This document shows, piece after piece, positions 46,777 to 56,293 of a DNA stretch of 64,000 nucleotides. The notes under the pieces were generated by a model. It saw only the letters and a program-made list of their open reading frames with translations. It made no database searches and had not been told where the DNA came from. Made by a program: the position numbers and the translations under genes. Origin of the DNA: an uncultured Syntrophaceae bacterium (GTDB taxonomy: Bacteria > Desulfobacterota > Syntrophia > Syntrophales > PHBD01); assembly GCA_964558665.1 (NCBI GenBank), contig CAZLFA010000005.1:7603-71602 (forward strand), given 5' to 3'. Within the stretch, counting starts at the first letter, position 1. The number at the start of each line of letters is the position of its first letter.

Positions 46777-47846
46777 TGGAAGAAAATAATCGCATCTCCA
46801 GAGTTCTAACGATTGTAAACAACGCCGGCGTGGACGGGCTGATTTTTTTCAATATCACTAATATAAGATACTTAACGGGCTTTTCTGGAAGCGAAGGAAC
46901 ACTTCTAATCGACAAAGAGAAAATAACCCTGTTGGTCGATGGAAGATACATTAACCAGGCTAAATCGGAAACAACAAATATTGCGATTGTTGAATATCAG
47001 GATAAGATCGACGGCATAGTTAATCTAGTTAAAGAACATAGATTGAAAAAGGTCGGCTTTGAATCTACAGCTATTGATGTACACACGTTCGTACAGATAA
47101 GACACAAACTCGAACCTGTTGATCTGCTCCCCGTTGCACAAGAAATTAGACTACTGAGAGCTCGCAAGGAAGATTCTGAAATCTCACTGGTTAAAAAGGC
47201 TTCTACTCTGGCTAGCTCAGCTTTGCTCAACACATTAAAGATTATCAAGCCCGGCATTAAGGAAAAAGATCTTGCGCTTGAGATAGATTATACGATCAGG
47301 CAATTAGGCGCCAGCAATACATCCTTTGACACGATAGTGGCGTCTGGCTTAAATTCAGCCTTGCCTCATGCAAAGCCGACCATCAAAACACTTGCAAAGG
47401 GTGATGCTGTTGTGATTGATTACGGAGCAGTAATAGAAGGATACAGATCCGATGAAACGTGTACTTTTTTCTTAGGCCCGGTTAATGAAAAACAGCAAAA
47501 AGTATACAACATCGTTAAGACCGCACACGATCTGGCTATAGAAGCTATAAAGGCGGGAATTTCTTGCAGAGAAATCGATCGTATCGCAAGAGAGTATATA
47601 AGCAAACACGACAAAGGGCATTTTTTTACACATGCAACAGGGCATGGAGTTGGATTGGATGTACATGAATCACCGAGACTTTCTCCAAAGTCCGATGAAA
47701 TTCTTGAAGCAGGAATGCTTATAACCGTTGAACCAGGTGTGTATATCCCCGGCTCTTGGGGAGTAAGGATAGAAGATACGGTGATTGTCAAGGAAGATGG
47801 TTGTGAGATAATAACTGAAATGTCAAAAGAACTTACCATATTATAA
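46773..47846 (+). CDS. pepP: M24 family Xaa-Pro aminopeptidase
   Basis: Creatinase-like N-domain, VVIDYGA, HATGHGVGLDVHE, VEPGVY, RIEDT metal ligand blocks. Confidence 0.85.
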   Translation: MMEENNRISRVLTIVNNAGVDGLIFFNITNIRYLTGFSGSEGTLLIDKEKITLLVDGRYINQAKSETTNIAIVEYQDKIDGIVNLVKEHRLKKVGFESTAIDVHTFVQIRHKLEPVDLLPVAQEIRLLRARKEDSEISLVKKASTLASSALLNTLKIIKPGIKEKDLALEIDYTIRQLGASNTSFDTIVASGLNSALPHAKPTIKTLAKGDAVVIDYGAVIEGYRSDETCTFFLGPVNEKQQKVYNIVKTAHDLAIEAIKAGISCREIDRIAREYISKHDKGHFFTHATGHGVGLDVHESPRLSPKSDEILEAGMLITVEPGVYIPGSWGVRIEDTVIVKEDGCEIITEMSKELTIL

Positions 47847-47923
47847 CAGTAAACGACCCGATGTCTTTTCTTATATATTGTTAAACAGGAAATAATAAAG
47901 TTTATCGCTTTGGAGTTATAAAA

Positions 47924-48319
47924 ATGAAAGTTTTTCCGGATGATCTTCTTTACAGTCGCGAACACATGTGGGTTCGAGTCGATGGTGAATTGGCCACGAT
48001 AGGCGTCACAGATTATGCTCAGGAGCAAATGGGAGAAATTCATGCGATTGAACTTCCCAATGTCGATTCTTCAGTTGATCGTGATGAACCTTTCGGAAGC
48101 ATAGAATCGGTAAAAGGTGTTATCGAACTCATATCTCCTGTCAGTGGCGATGTCGTCCATTCTAACGAAGACCTTGTTGATGACATTGGAATTATCAACA
48201 GTGATCCTCATGATACGGGATGGATGGTTGTCGTAACGATGTGTGACTTGGAAGAGCTCGATGACCTTCTTGACTCCCGGGGATACCATGACTTTGTGCT
48301 GCAGGAATTGGGGGGGTAA
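47924..48319 (+). CDS. gcvH: glycine cleavage H-protein family lipoyl carrier
   Basis: YSREHMWV..., lipoyl-lysine block GSIESVKGVIELISPVSGDV. Confidence 0.85.
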   Translation: MKVFPDDLLYSREHMWVRVDGELATIGVTDYAQEQMGEIHAIELPNVDSSVDRDEPFGSIESVKGVIELISPVSGDVVHSNEDLVDDIGIINSDPHDTGWMVVVTMCDLEELDDLLDSRGYHDFVLQELGG

Positions 48320-48329
48320 TTAAGCCCTC

Positions 48330-49160
48330 GTGAACAAATGGAGAATCATTCCCTTCAGGGTCGGAAGTGCCTATGAAAATATGGCTATTGATGAAGCATT
48401 GTTTCGACTGAACCACAAAGATGATTCACCTCCTGTCCTAAGATTCTATTCTTGGCAAAACCCAACTGTATCACTCGGCTATTTCCAGAAAACAGTTAAG
48501 GAAATAAACGTTGAAGCTTGTTCCCAACTGGGTATTGATCTGGTAAGACGACCTACTGGAGGTAAGGCCGTCCTCCACAGTAATGATTTAACCTATGCGG
48601 TTGTTGCCAAAGAAACCAACCACTTATTTTCAAAAGATCTTCTTGATACATACAGAACTATAAGTCATTGTCTCGCGGAAGGCTTGAGAAGATTAGGGAT
48701 ATGTGCTGTTATGGCAGATGAACCAAGAAAGGAAATATCACCTTCTTTAAAAAATTACTGTTTCTCCTCACCTTCCCGTTATGAACTGCTTGTTAGCGAT
48801 AAGAAAATATGTGGCAGTGCCCAGGCAAGAGCTCAAGGTGTATTTTTACAGCATGGAGCCATGTTGCTTGATTTTAATGCAAATGAAAGCTTGTCCGTTC
48901 TTAAACAGCATGACGATGCCCCCGATCAGTTTCAATACCTCGTAAATTCCGTAACGTCGATTCGTCAGTGCATAGGTCGCAATATCGACATAATAAGACT
49001 TTGTAACATATTGCAATCCGGATTTGAAAATATTTTGGGTATTAGCTTTGATGTCATTGACTTGACCTCTGAGGAGAAGGCATTAGCAAAAGAACTGATT
49101 AAGAACAAATACTCTCTACGTCACTGGAATATGGATGGTGGAATGAGCAAAAGTGATTAA
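48330..49160 (+). CDS. lipoate-protein ligase/octanoyltransferase family protein (BPL/LplA catalytic domain only)
   Basis: RRPTGGKAVLHSNDLTYAV and the KICGSAQ catalytic lysine block. 276 aa, no LplA C-terminal domain. GTG start. Confidence 0.8.
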   Translation: MNKWRIIPFRVGSAYENMAIDEALFRLNHKDDSPPVLRFYSWQNPTVSLGYFQKTVKEINVEACSQLGIDLVRRPTGGKAVLHSNDLTYAVVAKETNHLFSKDLLDTYRTISHCLAEGLRRLGICAVMADEPRKEISPSLKNYCFSSPSRYELLVSDKKICGSAQARAQGVFLQHGAMLLDFNANESLSVLKQHDDAPDQFQYLVNSVTSIRQCIGRNIDIIRLCNILQSGFENILGISFDVIDLTSEEKALAKELIKNKYSLRHWNMDGGMSKSD

Positions 49161-49201
49161 ATAAATTTCAGGTGCAAATTTTATTTTTTGGTTGCACTTT
49201 T

Positions 49202-49230
49202 GGTATAGATCGCGTATACACTGAGATATT
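49202..49230 (+). promoter_or_regulatory. sigma70-like promoter candidate in lplA-rpsU spacer
   Basis: TTGCAC, 17-nt spacer, TATACA. Confidence 0.3.
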
Positions 49231-49236
49231 CCAAGG

Positions 49237-49436
49237 GAGTATCCCGATCATCTCTTTAGAGATAATACAAAAAATACATAAGGTAACCGTTGGAATAGGC
49301 GATGAAAACAGTGAGTTTATTAGCTCTTTTAAGGAAATTCTCGCCGAAGCAAGGAGCGTGATTTAAACATAAGAAACATTTAAAGGGTAGAGAGCGGTAT
49401 TATGGTGTGTACCATAAGCCGTGCTGCCCTTTTTTT
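49237..49436 (+). ncRNA. candidate structured small RNA or 3'UTR element (unclassified)
   Basis: Bounded by the promoter-like motif and a strong terminator. Hand-folded helices: UAUUCCAA (49237-44) / UUGGAAUA (49300-07) enclosing two small hairpins, and GGCGA...UCGCC. No convincing ORF or RBS. Confidence 0.3.
49382..49436 (+). terminator. rho-independent terminator
   Basis: AAAGGG..CGG..UAUGGU-GUGU-ACCAUA..CCG..CCCUUU composite stem followed by seven U residues. Confidence 0.6.
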
Positions 49437-49485
49437 GTATCTTCTAAGTGGTTGTTTTATATAAAAAATCATCAAAAAGAAAGGA

Positions 49486-49686
49486 ATGAATGTCTTGGAA
49501 GTTAAAGTATTCGACAATGATGTAGAAAAAGCTTTGAAGATTCTCAAAAACAAGCTTTCTAAAAGCGGCCTGTTTAAAGAATTGAAACTGCGGCGAGCCT
49601 ATGAAAAACCATCGGTAAAAAAGAAGAGAAAGGCAATCGAAGCTCGAAGACGCTTTGCCAAGGTTCAGAGAAGAAGAAGCGCATAG
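49486..49686 (+). CDS. rpsU: 30S ribosomal protein S21
   Basis: VEKALKILKNKLSKSGLFKELKLRRAYEKPSVKKKRK... typical S21. Confidence 0.9.
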   Translation: MNVLEVKVFDNDVEKALKILKNKLSKSGLFKELKLRRAYEKPSVKKKRKAIEARRRFAKVQRRRSA

Positions 49687-49758
49687 GGGAATAGGCTGGT
49701 TAAAATTTCTGAAGAAAAGCAGCAAGTCTGAAGACAGCGTTTTTATTAATTAACAGGT

Positions 49759-50418
49759 GTGCGAGTGGAAGAAAAGCAATACCTCGTTGATGCCTTACGA
49801 ATAGAAGAATCATGGCGGATATTCAGAATAATGTCCGAGTTCGTAGAGGCGATAGAAGAGCTATCCAGATTGCAAAATGCAGTTACGATCTTTGGATCAG
49901 CGCGTACTGAACCAGATGATATTTATTATAGAAAATCAGAAGACCTTGCACGCAGATTGGCTCTGAAAGGGTTTAGCGTCATTACGGGTGGCGGACCTGG
50001 AATCATGGAGGCGGCCAATAAGGGGGCTGCTGAGGCCGGAGGCAAGTCGGTCGGCATGAACATTCGTTTGCCCTACGAACAGAAACCCAACGCCTACGCA
50101 AATATCAGCATTGATTATAAATATTTTTTCATCCGTAAAGTCATGTTTGTCAAATATGCCGTAGCCTATGTTATACTACCCGGAGGCTTTGGCACGATGG
50201 ACGAGTTGTTTGAAGCATTAACACTGATTCAGACAAGACGCATCAAAAGCTTTCCTGTAATTCTTATGGGCAGCGAATATTGGAGCGGCCTTGTCGAATG
50301 GTTGAAAACAACAATGCTGAAAGAAGGGAAGATCGACAAAGAAGACTTGGATCTATTGCATATTATTGACGAACCCGAGGATGCTGTTAAGCATATTCAG
50401 AAATTCGTTATATTATAA
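49759..50418 (+). CDS. TIGR00730/LOG family Rossmann-fold nucleotide-binding protein
   Basis: GGGPGIMEAANKGA and PGGFGTMDELFE motifs. Confidence 0.85.
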   Translation: MRVEEKQYLVDALRIEESWRIFRIMSEFVEAIEELSRLQNAVTIFGSARTEPDDIYYRKSEDLARRLALKGFSVITGGGPGIMEAANKGAAEAGGKSVGMNIRLPYEQKPNAYANISIDYKYFFIRKVMFVKYAVAYVILPGGFGTMDELFEALTLIQTRRIKSFPVILMGSEYWSGLVEWLKTTMLKEGKIDKEDLDLLHIIDEPEDAVKHIQKFVIL

Positions 50419-50463
50419 AGCATCATACCTCGATTCATTCTTTTAACTCCAAATCAAATAATC

Positions 50464-51885
50464 ATGTCATCCAGCCAGAGACACACCGAAGATACAATAT
50501 CACTGGACAAGGTACTTAAAGATCTCAAAAAAGGGGTATTCCATCCGTGTTATCTTCTCTACGGCGAGGAAGAGTATCTCGTTAAAGACTCAACACAAAA
50601 AATAATAGATTTGATGATTCCTAGTAAGGCTGACCGGGATTTCAATCTTTTCATAATAGATGGGGATCAACAGGATATAAACAGTGTTTGCGAATCACTC
50701 CAAGCCATCCCACTTTTGCCGGTAAGAAAAGTAATTCTTCTGAAAGACACTTCCGTTTTCCAATCGAGAGAAACAGCACCTGATATCATTAGGAATATCA
50801 AGGATTGTATCGATAAAGATCCTTCAAGGGCATGCAGGTACTTTCTGACTTTCTTGAGGATCTCAGGCTGGAATCTCAAGGATTTTTATAATGACGGCTG
50901 GAAAAGAATTTCAAATGATCAATGGCAATCAATAACCGGCACCAGTGATACAACACATCGAGAGGATTGGATTCCCAAAGTCGTTGATCTGTGTATTCAG
51001 CGTGGCATGGAAGAAAAATCATTTAACGAAACAGATCGTTTGAGTAATTTGCTGAAGAGCGGTCTTCCAGAGGAAAATCATTTGATTTTAACAGCCAATG
51101 CGGTCGACAGGAGAAAATCTCTATTCAAGATAATATCCGAACTGGGCATTGTTATTAATTTTCCCAAAATAAAGGGAGATTTAAAACAACGTAACATGCT
51201 TCAGGAAATAGCAAACAGAACCCTGCTTGATCACGGGAAAGCTTTATCAAAAGATGCCTGGCAGGCAATAGGGCGAAAAACAGGTTTTAATTTGAGAGAT
51301 GCAATGGGCGCCATCGAACAAATAGTCGATTATACAGGAGACAGCAAATTTGTTGAAGAGAAGGATATAGAAGAAATTGTCGGCAAGACCAAAGAGACTG
51401 CTGTCTTTGATCTCACAGCGGCTCTAGTTGAAAAAGATACACAAAAAGCGCTTATCACCCTTGACGCACTTTTCAAACAGGGCGTTAATCATATCCTGAT
51501 ACATTCCGTCCTGGCAAGAGAGATCAGAATGCTGATTCATGCGAAAATAGTAACAAAAGCGTTATCCATTAAACCATTAACACATGAATTGGACTATAAC
51601 CGGTTTCTTAAAACAATCCATCCTGTTATAAAGGAACGTTCAAAGTCGCTGGGATTGCAGGGAAGCTTGGCCAATCAGAATCCCTATGTAATCTTCATGG
51701 CAATTAAAAACTCGATCTCTTTTTCTTTCGAAGACCTCAGAATATATTTGCAGAAACTGGTTGATATGGACATTTCTTTTAAGTCGACTCCTAAAGATCA
51801 CAGAATATTACTTGAACATTTTTTAATTGATGTCTGCTCTTCTTCAAAAAACAGTTCTCAGCAATCCTCGATTGCGAACTTGTAA
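50464..51885 (+). CDS. holA: DNA polymerase III delta subunit (HolA), extended
   Basis: CYLLYGEEEYLV and PLLPVRKVILLKD N-domain blocks, C-terminal helical domain. 473 aa, longer than the roughly 340 aa I expect. Confidence 0.7.
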   Translation: MSSSQRHTEDTISLDKVLKDLKKGVFHPCYLLYGEEEYLVKDSTQKIIDLMIPSKADRDFNLFIIDGDQQDINSVCESLQAIPLLPVRKVILLKDTSVFQSRETAPDIIRNIKDCIDKDPSRACRYFLTFLRISGWNLKDFYNDGWKRISNDQWQSITGTSDTTHREDWIPKVVDLCIQRGMEEKSFNETDRLSNLLKSGLPEENHLILTANAVDRRKSLFKIISELGIVINFPKIKGDLKQRNMLQEIANRTLLDHGKALSKDAWQAIGRKTGFNLRDAMGAIEQIVDYTGDSKFVEEKDIEEIVGKTKETAVFDLTAALVEKDTQKALITLDALFKQGVNHILIHSVLAREIRMLIHAKIVTKALSIKPLTHELDYNRFLKTIHPVIKERSKSLGLQGSLANQNPYVIFMAIKNSISFSFEDLRIYLQKLVDMDISFKSTPKDHRILLEHFLIDVCSSSKNSSQQSSIANL

Positions 51886-51903
51886 AGCAGCCATAGCGAC
51901 ACC

Positions 51904-52824
51904 TCATTTATGAGTAAAGGTGACCTCGATTCTTCTATTGGCTTCTCCCGATGCTTTTGGATAAATACTTGATTCTGTTCCTGCTCCGGCAACAGTAAGC
52001 GAGGATGCATCCATCTTGCCTCTTTCCACAAGGAGATCCTTAATTTTTTTTGCCATGTCATCAGTGGCTTTGATGTTTTCATTTTTTAAAGGTTTACCAT
52101 ATCCGAAAACCATAACGCCTATTTTATATTCAGGGTTTTTAGAAGCCAAAGCAGCAATATCCGTTGCAATCTTGTCGGCTCCAGGAGCCGGCTCTGGACC
52201 CTTTCTTCCAATCTTAATCATATTGCTTCTAGGGATGATGACGGTGGCCCCATCTGACGTTATTTTCGTCACAAGACCCATCTGACTGAGTCCCACAAGC
52301 AATGCTCTGGCTTTTGATGATGCAACATACTCCACGCCTTTCTGGGCAATGATGCCATTGAGATCGCCCTTCATTTTCTGGTTTTCACTCTTTAAAGATA
52401 AAATCTCCTTTTTTTGATCATCATATATTTTTATTTTTTTCTTCATTAATTCTGTGTTCTTCTCTATCTCTTCTTTTTCCTTCAACAAATTTGCTTTTTC
52501 GAAACGGGCCGCTACAATAGCTATTGTTACATCTGCCATAGAAGTATAGTGAAGGATAATGGGTTCTGCTTCATCTTTAAGTCCGCCCATTATTCCCAAT
52601 CCCTTATTAAATTCAGTTTCAGCCCAATTCAGATAGTTTTTGGCAATAATTACATCATCCTTGTATTCACTGCTGTCAGCACCTTTTTTAAGCAGATTAT
52701 CGAGGCTTGTTTTCGTGTTCACAATGGCATTAAGAGCCTTGTCCTTGTCTGCTGCCGATACTGCGGATGAAAACATGCTAAAACAAATAAAGAATAATGA
52801 AACAAAAAAAACAGTCCTTTTCAT
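51904..52824 (-). CDS. secreted DUF4398-like/OmpA-like C-terminal domain protein
   Basis: Signal peptide, helical N-region paralogous to the upstream gene, coiled coil, C-terminal OmpA-like end (ASGEANRRIEVTF). Confidence 0.6.
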   Translation of the reverse strand: MKRTVFFVSLFFICFSMFSSAVSAADKDKALNAIVNTKTSLDNLLKKGADSSEYKDDVIIAKNYLNWAETEFNKGLGIMGGLKDEAEPIILHYTSMADVTIAIVAARFEKANLLKEKEEIEKNTELMKKKIKIYDDQKKEILSLKSENQKMKGDLNGIIAQKGVEYVASSKARALLVGLSQMGLVTKITSDGATVIIPRSNMIKIGRKGPEPAPGADKIATDIAALASKNPEYKIGVMVFGYGKPLKNENIKATDDMAKKIKDLLVERGKMDASSLTVAGAGTESSIYPKASGEANRRIEVTFTHK

Positions 52825-53219
52825 TTCACTTCTCCTTTCCCGGCCAAAATATCTTCCATTCTTTGTTCATACTTTTTCAGTTCTGCTCGCGCTTTGGCCG
52901 CGCTCTCGGCAGCTTCCCGCTGATCGGCAGTAACTTTTGCCAAAGTAATCTGAAGATTTGTTATTTCCAAAACTTGCTTAGTAATCTTTTCATCTCCCGC
53001 TTCAATTGCCTGCTGAGCCTTAAGGACGCTATTATTCACCTTTTCGATAATGTCTTTTGCATACTTGCCGGCATTGGCCCCCACTAGTTTGTCCGCGGCA
53101 TTTTTTATCTGCCGGTACTCATCAATCGTTGCTTTTGAAACACCTTCTCCCGCAAATGTAATGCCAGAGAACATAAACGTTGTTAAGACTAAGGCAAACA
53201 TAAATTTTTTGATTTTCAT
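52821..53219 (-). CDS. secreted DUF4398-like helical protein
   Basis: Signal peptide MKIKKFMFALVLTTFMFSGITFA and a helical repeat body. 4-nt overlap with the downstream gene. Confidence 0.5.
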   Translation of the reverse strand: MKIKKFMFALVLTTFMFSGITFAGEGVSKATIDEYRQIKNAADKLVGANAGKYAKDIIEKVNNSVLKAQQAIEAGDEKITKQVLEITNLQITLAKVTADQREAAESAAKARAELKKYEQRMEDILAGKGEVK

Positions 53220-53310
53220 ATAACCTCCTGATGGGGAAAGAGTTATGAATTGTTTTTATCTATTAGTTATAGGGCATAAAGACGACATATGTCAATTTAA
53301 AAACCGGCAT

Positions 53311-53832
53311 TTACAGTTTACTGGTTTTAATGAGCGATTCCCTCTTCGCCTTCGATAGTTTTCTTGACGGCCCTTTTTTCCTTGTTCCTCTTTTTGTCGA
53401 CTCATCTTCTCCGTTGTCGCCCTTTTCCTCTTTTACAATAATTGTTGATTTATTCATCCTGGTTTCAAATTCCTGTGCACTGATTACAACTTTACTTCTA
53501 TGAGTTACAAATGAGGCTATATCACGGTCTGAAGTTACAACAACAATATCTTCTCCTCTGTTAGTCTGCACAATTCGCTTGATGACATCATCAGCTTTTT
53601 CTCCAAGTCGTGAATAAATGATATTCATTCCTCCGTATCTGTCTCGTTCTTCCTGGATTGATCCACCCAGCCAACCATCAAAAACAATGGTTATCCGATG
53701 GTTTCTATCTTTGTTATAAAGAAATAATCTTTTGACCAACTCCCGCCTTCCTTCATCAAGACCGCGTCGTTCAAAATCTCTTAACGAAACGGATTGTCTG
53801 ATAAGGTTGTAACCATCTACAATTATATGCAT
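53311..53832 (-). CDS. NYN/YacP-like (PIN-related) RNA-binding/nuclease domain protein
   Basis: MHIIVDGYNLIRQS start, ITIVFDG, VVTSDRD blocks typical of the YacP family. Confidence 0.7.
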   Translation of the reverse strand: MHIIVDGYNLIRQSVSLRDFERRGLDEGRRELVKRLFLYNKDRNHRITIVFDGWLGGSIQEERDRYGGMNIIYSRLGEKADDVIKRIVQTNRGEDIVVVTSDRDIASFVTHRSKVVISAQEFETRMNKSTIIVKEEKGDNGEDESTKRGTRKKGPSRKLSKAKRESLIKTSKL

Positions 53833-53933
53833 ATTAATATTTGGCCAAAATAATTAATTGACAGGCAAACACTCACTACAATTATGCTTTAAGGATAAAA
53901 AGAAATGGTAGAATAAGGTTGATTTCCATTAAC

Positions 53934-54935
53934 TTAAAACAGGAAACTTAACATTACATAAAGAATCGCTGATATTGCTGCCGATAGCGGTATCGTTAAA
54001 ATCCATGCCCAGACAATCTCTCCGGCAACGCCCCATCTCACTGCTGTCAGGCGCTTTGTGGCTCCTACACCTACAATGGCACCAGTTACTGTATGAGTTG
54101 TACTAACCGGTATACCACCCAGCGATGCGCTGATGATTGAGATAGCCGCAGCCGCTTCAGCGCAGAAGCCACCCATTGGCTGAAGCTTGGTTATCTTGTT
54201 GCCCATGGTTTTAACAATGCGCCAGCCACCAGTCATTGTCCCAGCTGCTATTACAACATAACATGATAACATAACCCAGAAGGGCACATAAAATTTCCCC
54301 TCAAGATATCCACCACTGAAAAGGACAATAGCAATAATTCCCATTGTCTTTTGAGCATCATTCATACCATGACTCATGCTGTAAACGGCTGATGACAGAA
54401 GTTGCATTTTTCGAAAGAAAGAATCGGAACGGCGTACATTGCTGTTACGAGACATATTCAATGTAATAATCATCAATATAAAACCAAGCAGTAAACCTAA
54501 GGCCGGTGAAACAACAATGAATATGGTTGTCTTCAATATGCCTTTCCACACAAGGATATCTGCACCGCCTTTAACTATGCCAGCCCCTATCATGCCTCCT
54601 ATCAAAGCGTGTGAAGAACTGCTTGGCAATCCCAGCCACCAGGTAATTAAATTCCAGATTATGGCCCCCCCCAGTGCGGCAAGAATGAGGTAATTTTCCA
54701 CTATTTGGGGATCAACGATACCTGTGCCAATGGTTCTTGCAACAGGAATACCGCCTATAAAGAAAGCCATAAATTCGAAGGAAGCTGCCCAGATAACGGC
54801 ATTACGGGGAGACAGAACACGGGTAGAAACAACTGTAGCTATTGCATTTGCGGAATCATGAAAACCGTTAATAAAGTCAAATATGTAAGCAACGGCAATA
54901 ATAAAAATGATTAACGCCAGTGAATGGCTATCCAT
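53934..54935 (-). CDS. pit: inorganic phosphate transporter, PiT family
   Basis: GFHDSANAIAT and GMNDAQKTMG signature repeats. Polytopic membrane protein. Confidence 0.9.
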   Translation of the reverse strand: MDSHSLALIIFIIAVAYIFDFINGFHDSANAIATVVSTRVLSPRNAVIWAASFEFMAFFIGGIPVARTIGTGIVDPQIVENYLILAALGGAIIWNLITWWLGLPSSSSHALIGGMIGAGIVKGGADILVWKGILKTTIFIVVSPALGLLLGFILMIITLNMSRNSNVRRSDSFFRKMQLLSSAVYSMSHGMNDAQKTMGIIAIVLFSGGYLEGKFYVPFWVMLSCYVVIAAGTMTGGWRIVKTMGNKITKLQPMGGFCAEAAAAISIISASLGGIPVSTTHTVTGAIVGVGATKRLTAVRWGVAGEIVWAWILTIPLSAAISAILYVMLSFLF

Positions 54936-55548
54936 GTTTAAGGACTATTCCTTCCACAACATTAGACACATCCTCACACATATCAATACCCTCTTCGACT
55001 CTCTCAAAAATCTCTTTAACCTTTATCAGTTCAACAGCATCCTTTTCCGTTTGAAAAAGCCTGGCCATTGCCTGCCTTAATATATAGTCTCCTTCATTTT
55101 CCAAGGTATTGATTTCAACACATGCCTTTATAATCATATCGGAATTTTTCTTATTTCTCATGGCATGAACAATCTTTTTTACAAGAGCAATGGCGTTATT
55201 CAATATCAATGCCAGTTCTTTCACCTCGTTGGCCGGTTTTTTGACCTTATAAAGATATAGCCTGACGGCAGCCGCTTCAATAATGTCGAGTATACTATCC
55301 ATCTTGTTTGCAAGGGCATAAATATCTTCTCTATCCAATGGAGTTAAGAATGTTTGGTGCATTTTATTATATATCTGATGAGTAATTTTATCTGCCTCAT
55401 GTTCAATCTCTTTAAGGGTAGACACCTTTGCTTCTGAATGCTCATAATTGTCTAATATGTCAATAAAGAGCTTCCCCCCTTCTTCTATCTTGTCTGCCAA
55501 CTGTTCAAAAAAATCAAAAAACTTCTCTTCTTTGGGAACTAAAATCAT
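54928..55548 (-). CDS. DUF47 (PhoU-like) PiT accessory protein
   Basis: Helical about 206 aa protein (EADKITHQIY...REDI...). 8-nt overlap with pit. Confidence 0.8.
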   Translation of the reverse strand: MILVPKEEKFFDFFEQLADKIEEGGKLFIDILDNYEHSEAKVSTLKEIEHEADKITHQIYNKMHQTFLTPLDREDIYALANKMDSILDIIEAAAVRLYLYKVKKPANEVKELALILNNAIALVKKIVHAMRNKKNSDMIIKACVEINTLENEGDYILRQAMARLFQTEKDAVELIKVKEIFERVEEGIDMCEDVSNVVEGIVLKHG

Positions 55549-55642
55549 GAAGAATACCTCCTCATATGTTGCTTTTTCGGGTCATGCCTTTAACACAAAA
55601 GAATTCCATTTGTCCATCTAAAGGGCAAAAGGTATTGTATAC

Positions 55643-55675
55643 AAAAAAGGGGTTAGAATTTAATTTCCAACCCCC
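55643..55675 (-). terminator. rho-independent terminator after tRNA-Leu
   Basis: Minus strand: GGGGUUGGAA-AUUAAA-UUCUAACCCC followed by UUUUUU. Confidence 0.7.
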
Positions 55676-55710
55676 ATTTTCAAGTGAGAAAACTCACCCT
55701 CTTTCCTATT

Positions 55711-55797
55711 TGGTGCCGAAGCCGGGACTTGAACCCGGACGAGCGGTGCTCACTACCCCCTCAAGATAGCGTGTCTACCATATTCCACCACTTCGGC
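55711..55797 (-). tRNA. tRNA-Leu (anticodon GAG)
   Basis: Hand fold: acceptor GCCGAAG/CUUCGGC, anticodon arm CUAUC-UUGAGGG-GGUAG, long variable arm, T loop UUCAAGU, encoded CCA. Confidence 0.9.
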
Positions 55798-55902
55798 ACT
55801 ATGTATTACTCAGCTATACAGTTTTAAACTTGCAAATGATTGCTACATTTTCAGGAACATTTTGTCAACCCGAAAAGTATTTCAGGTACCTTTATTGCTG
55901 AA

Positions 55903-56250
55903 TTACTTGCCGGGCGAAGGCTGTGCCTGCTGCGTAGTTGCCGGCGGAGCTTGAGGCACCTGCGCGCCGGTTTTGCTGTCCTGTTGTTTAACTGCTCCCT
56001 TCATCAGAGATCCGCCACTTGCATTGTTGAATGTCGGATGCGAAAGAGCCAGTGATGTCAGCATAAAAATGATGGCTATCCATGTGGTCATTTTGCTTAA
56101 GAAAGTAGCAGGACCGCTACTTCCAAACACTGTCTGGCTTGATCCGCCAAAGGCGGCTCCCATACTGGCCCCCTTGCCTGCCTGAAGCAGAACCACCATA
56201 ATCAAAACAACACAAACTATAACATGTGTGACTGTTATCAATATTTGCAC
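55903..56250 (-). CDS. secG: preprotein translocase subunit SecG
   Basis: VVLIMVVLLQAGKGASMGAAFGGSSQTVFG signature. GTG at 56250 lies after aaggag. Pro/Ala/Gln-rich tail. Confidence 0.85.
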   Translation of the reverse strand: MQILITVTHVIVCVVLIMVVLLQAGKGASMGAAFGGSSQTVFGSSGPATFLSKMTTWIAIIFMLTSLALSHPTFNNASGGSLMKGAVKQQDSKTGAQVPQAPPATTQQAQPSPGK

Positions 56251-56293
56251 TTTATTGCTCCTTAACCAGTAAATTAGTCGGTTACACAATACT

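Noticed and set aside
47420-48043. A 207-aa minus-strand ORF spanning the pepP 3' end and the gcvH 5' end.
   Set aside because: It is antisense to two well-supported genes and crosses their intergenic spacer. No motifs.
49172-49366. A 64-aa ORF (GTG start) in the lplA-rpsU spacer.
   Set aside because: No RBS, and it starts inside a hairpin directly after the lplA stop. The region is better explained as structured RNA.
55566-55769. A 67-aa plus-strand ORF; likewise 20063..20251 (minus strand).
   Set aside because: They overlap tRNA-Leu and tRNA-Gly respectively. They are artefacts of open frames across tRNA genes.
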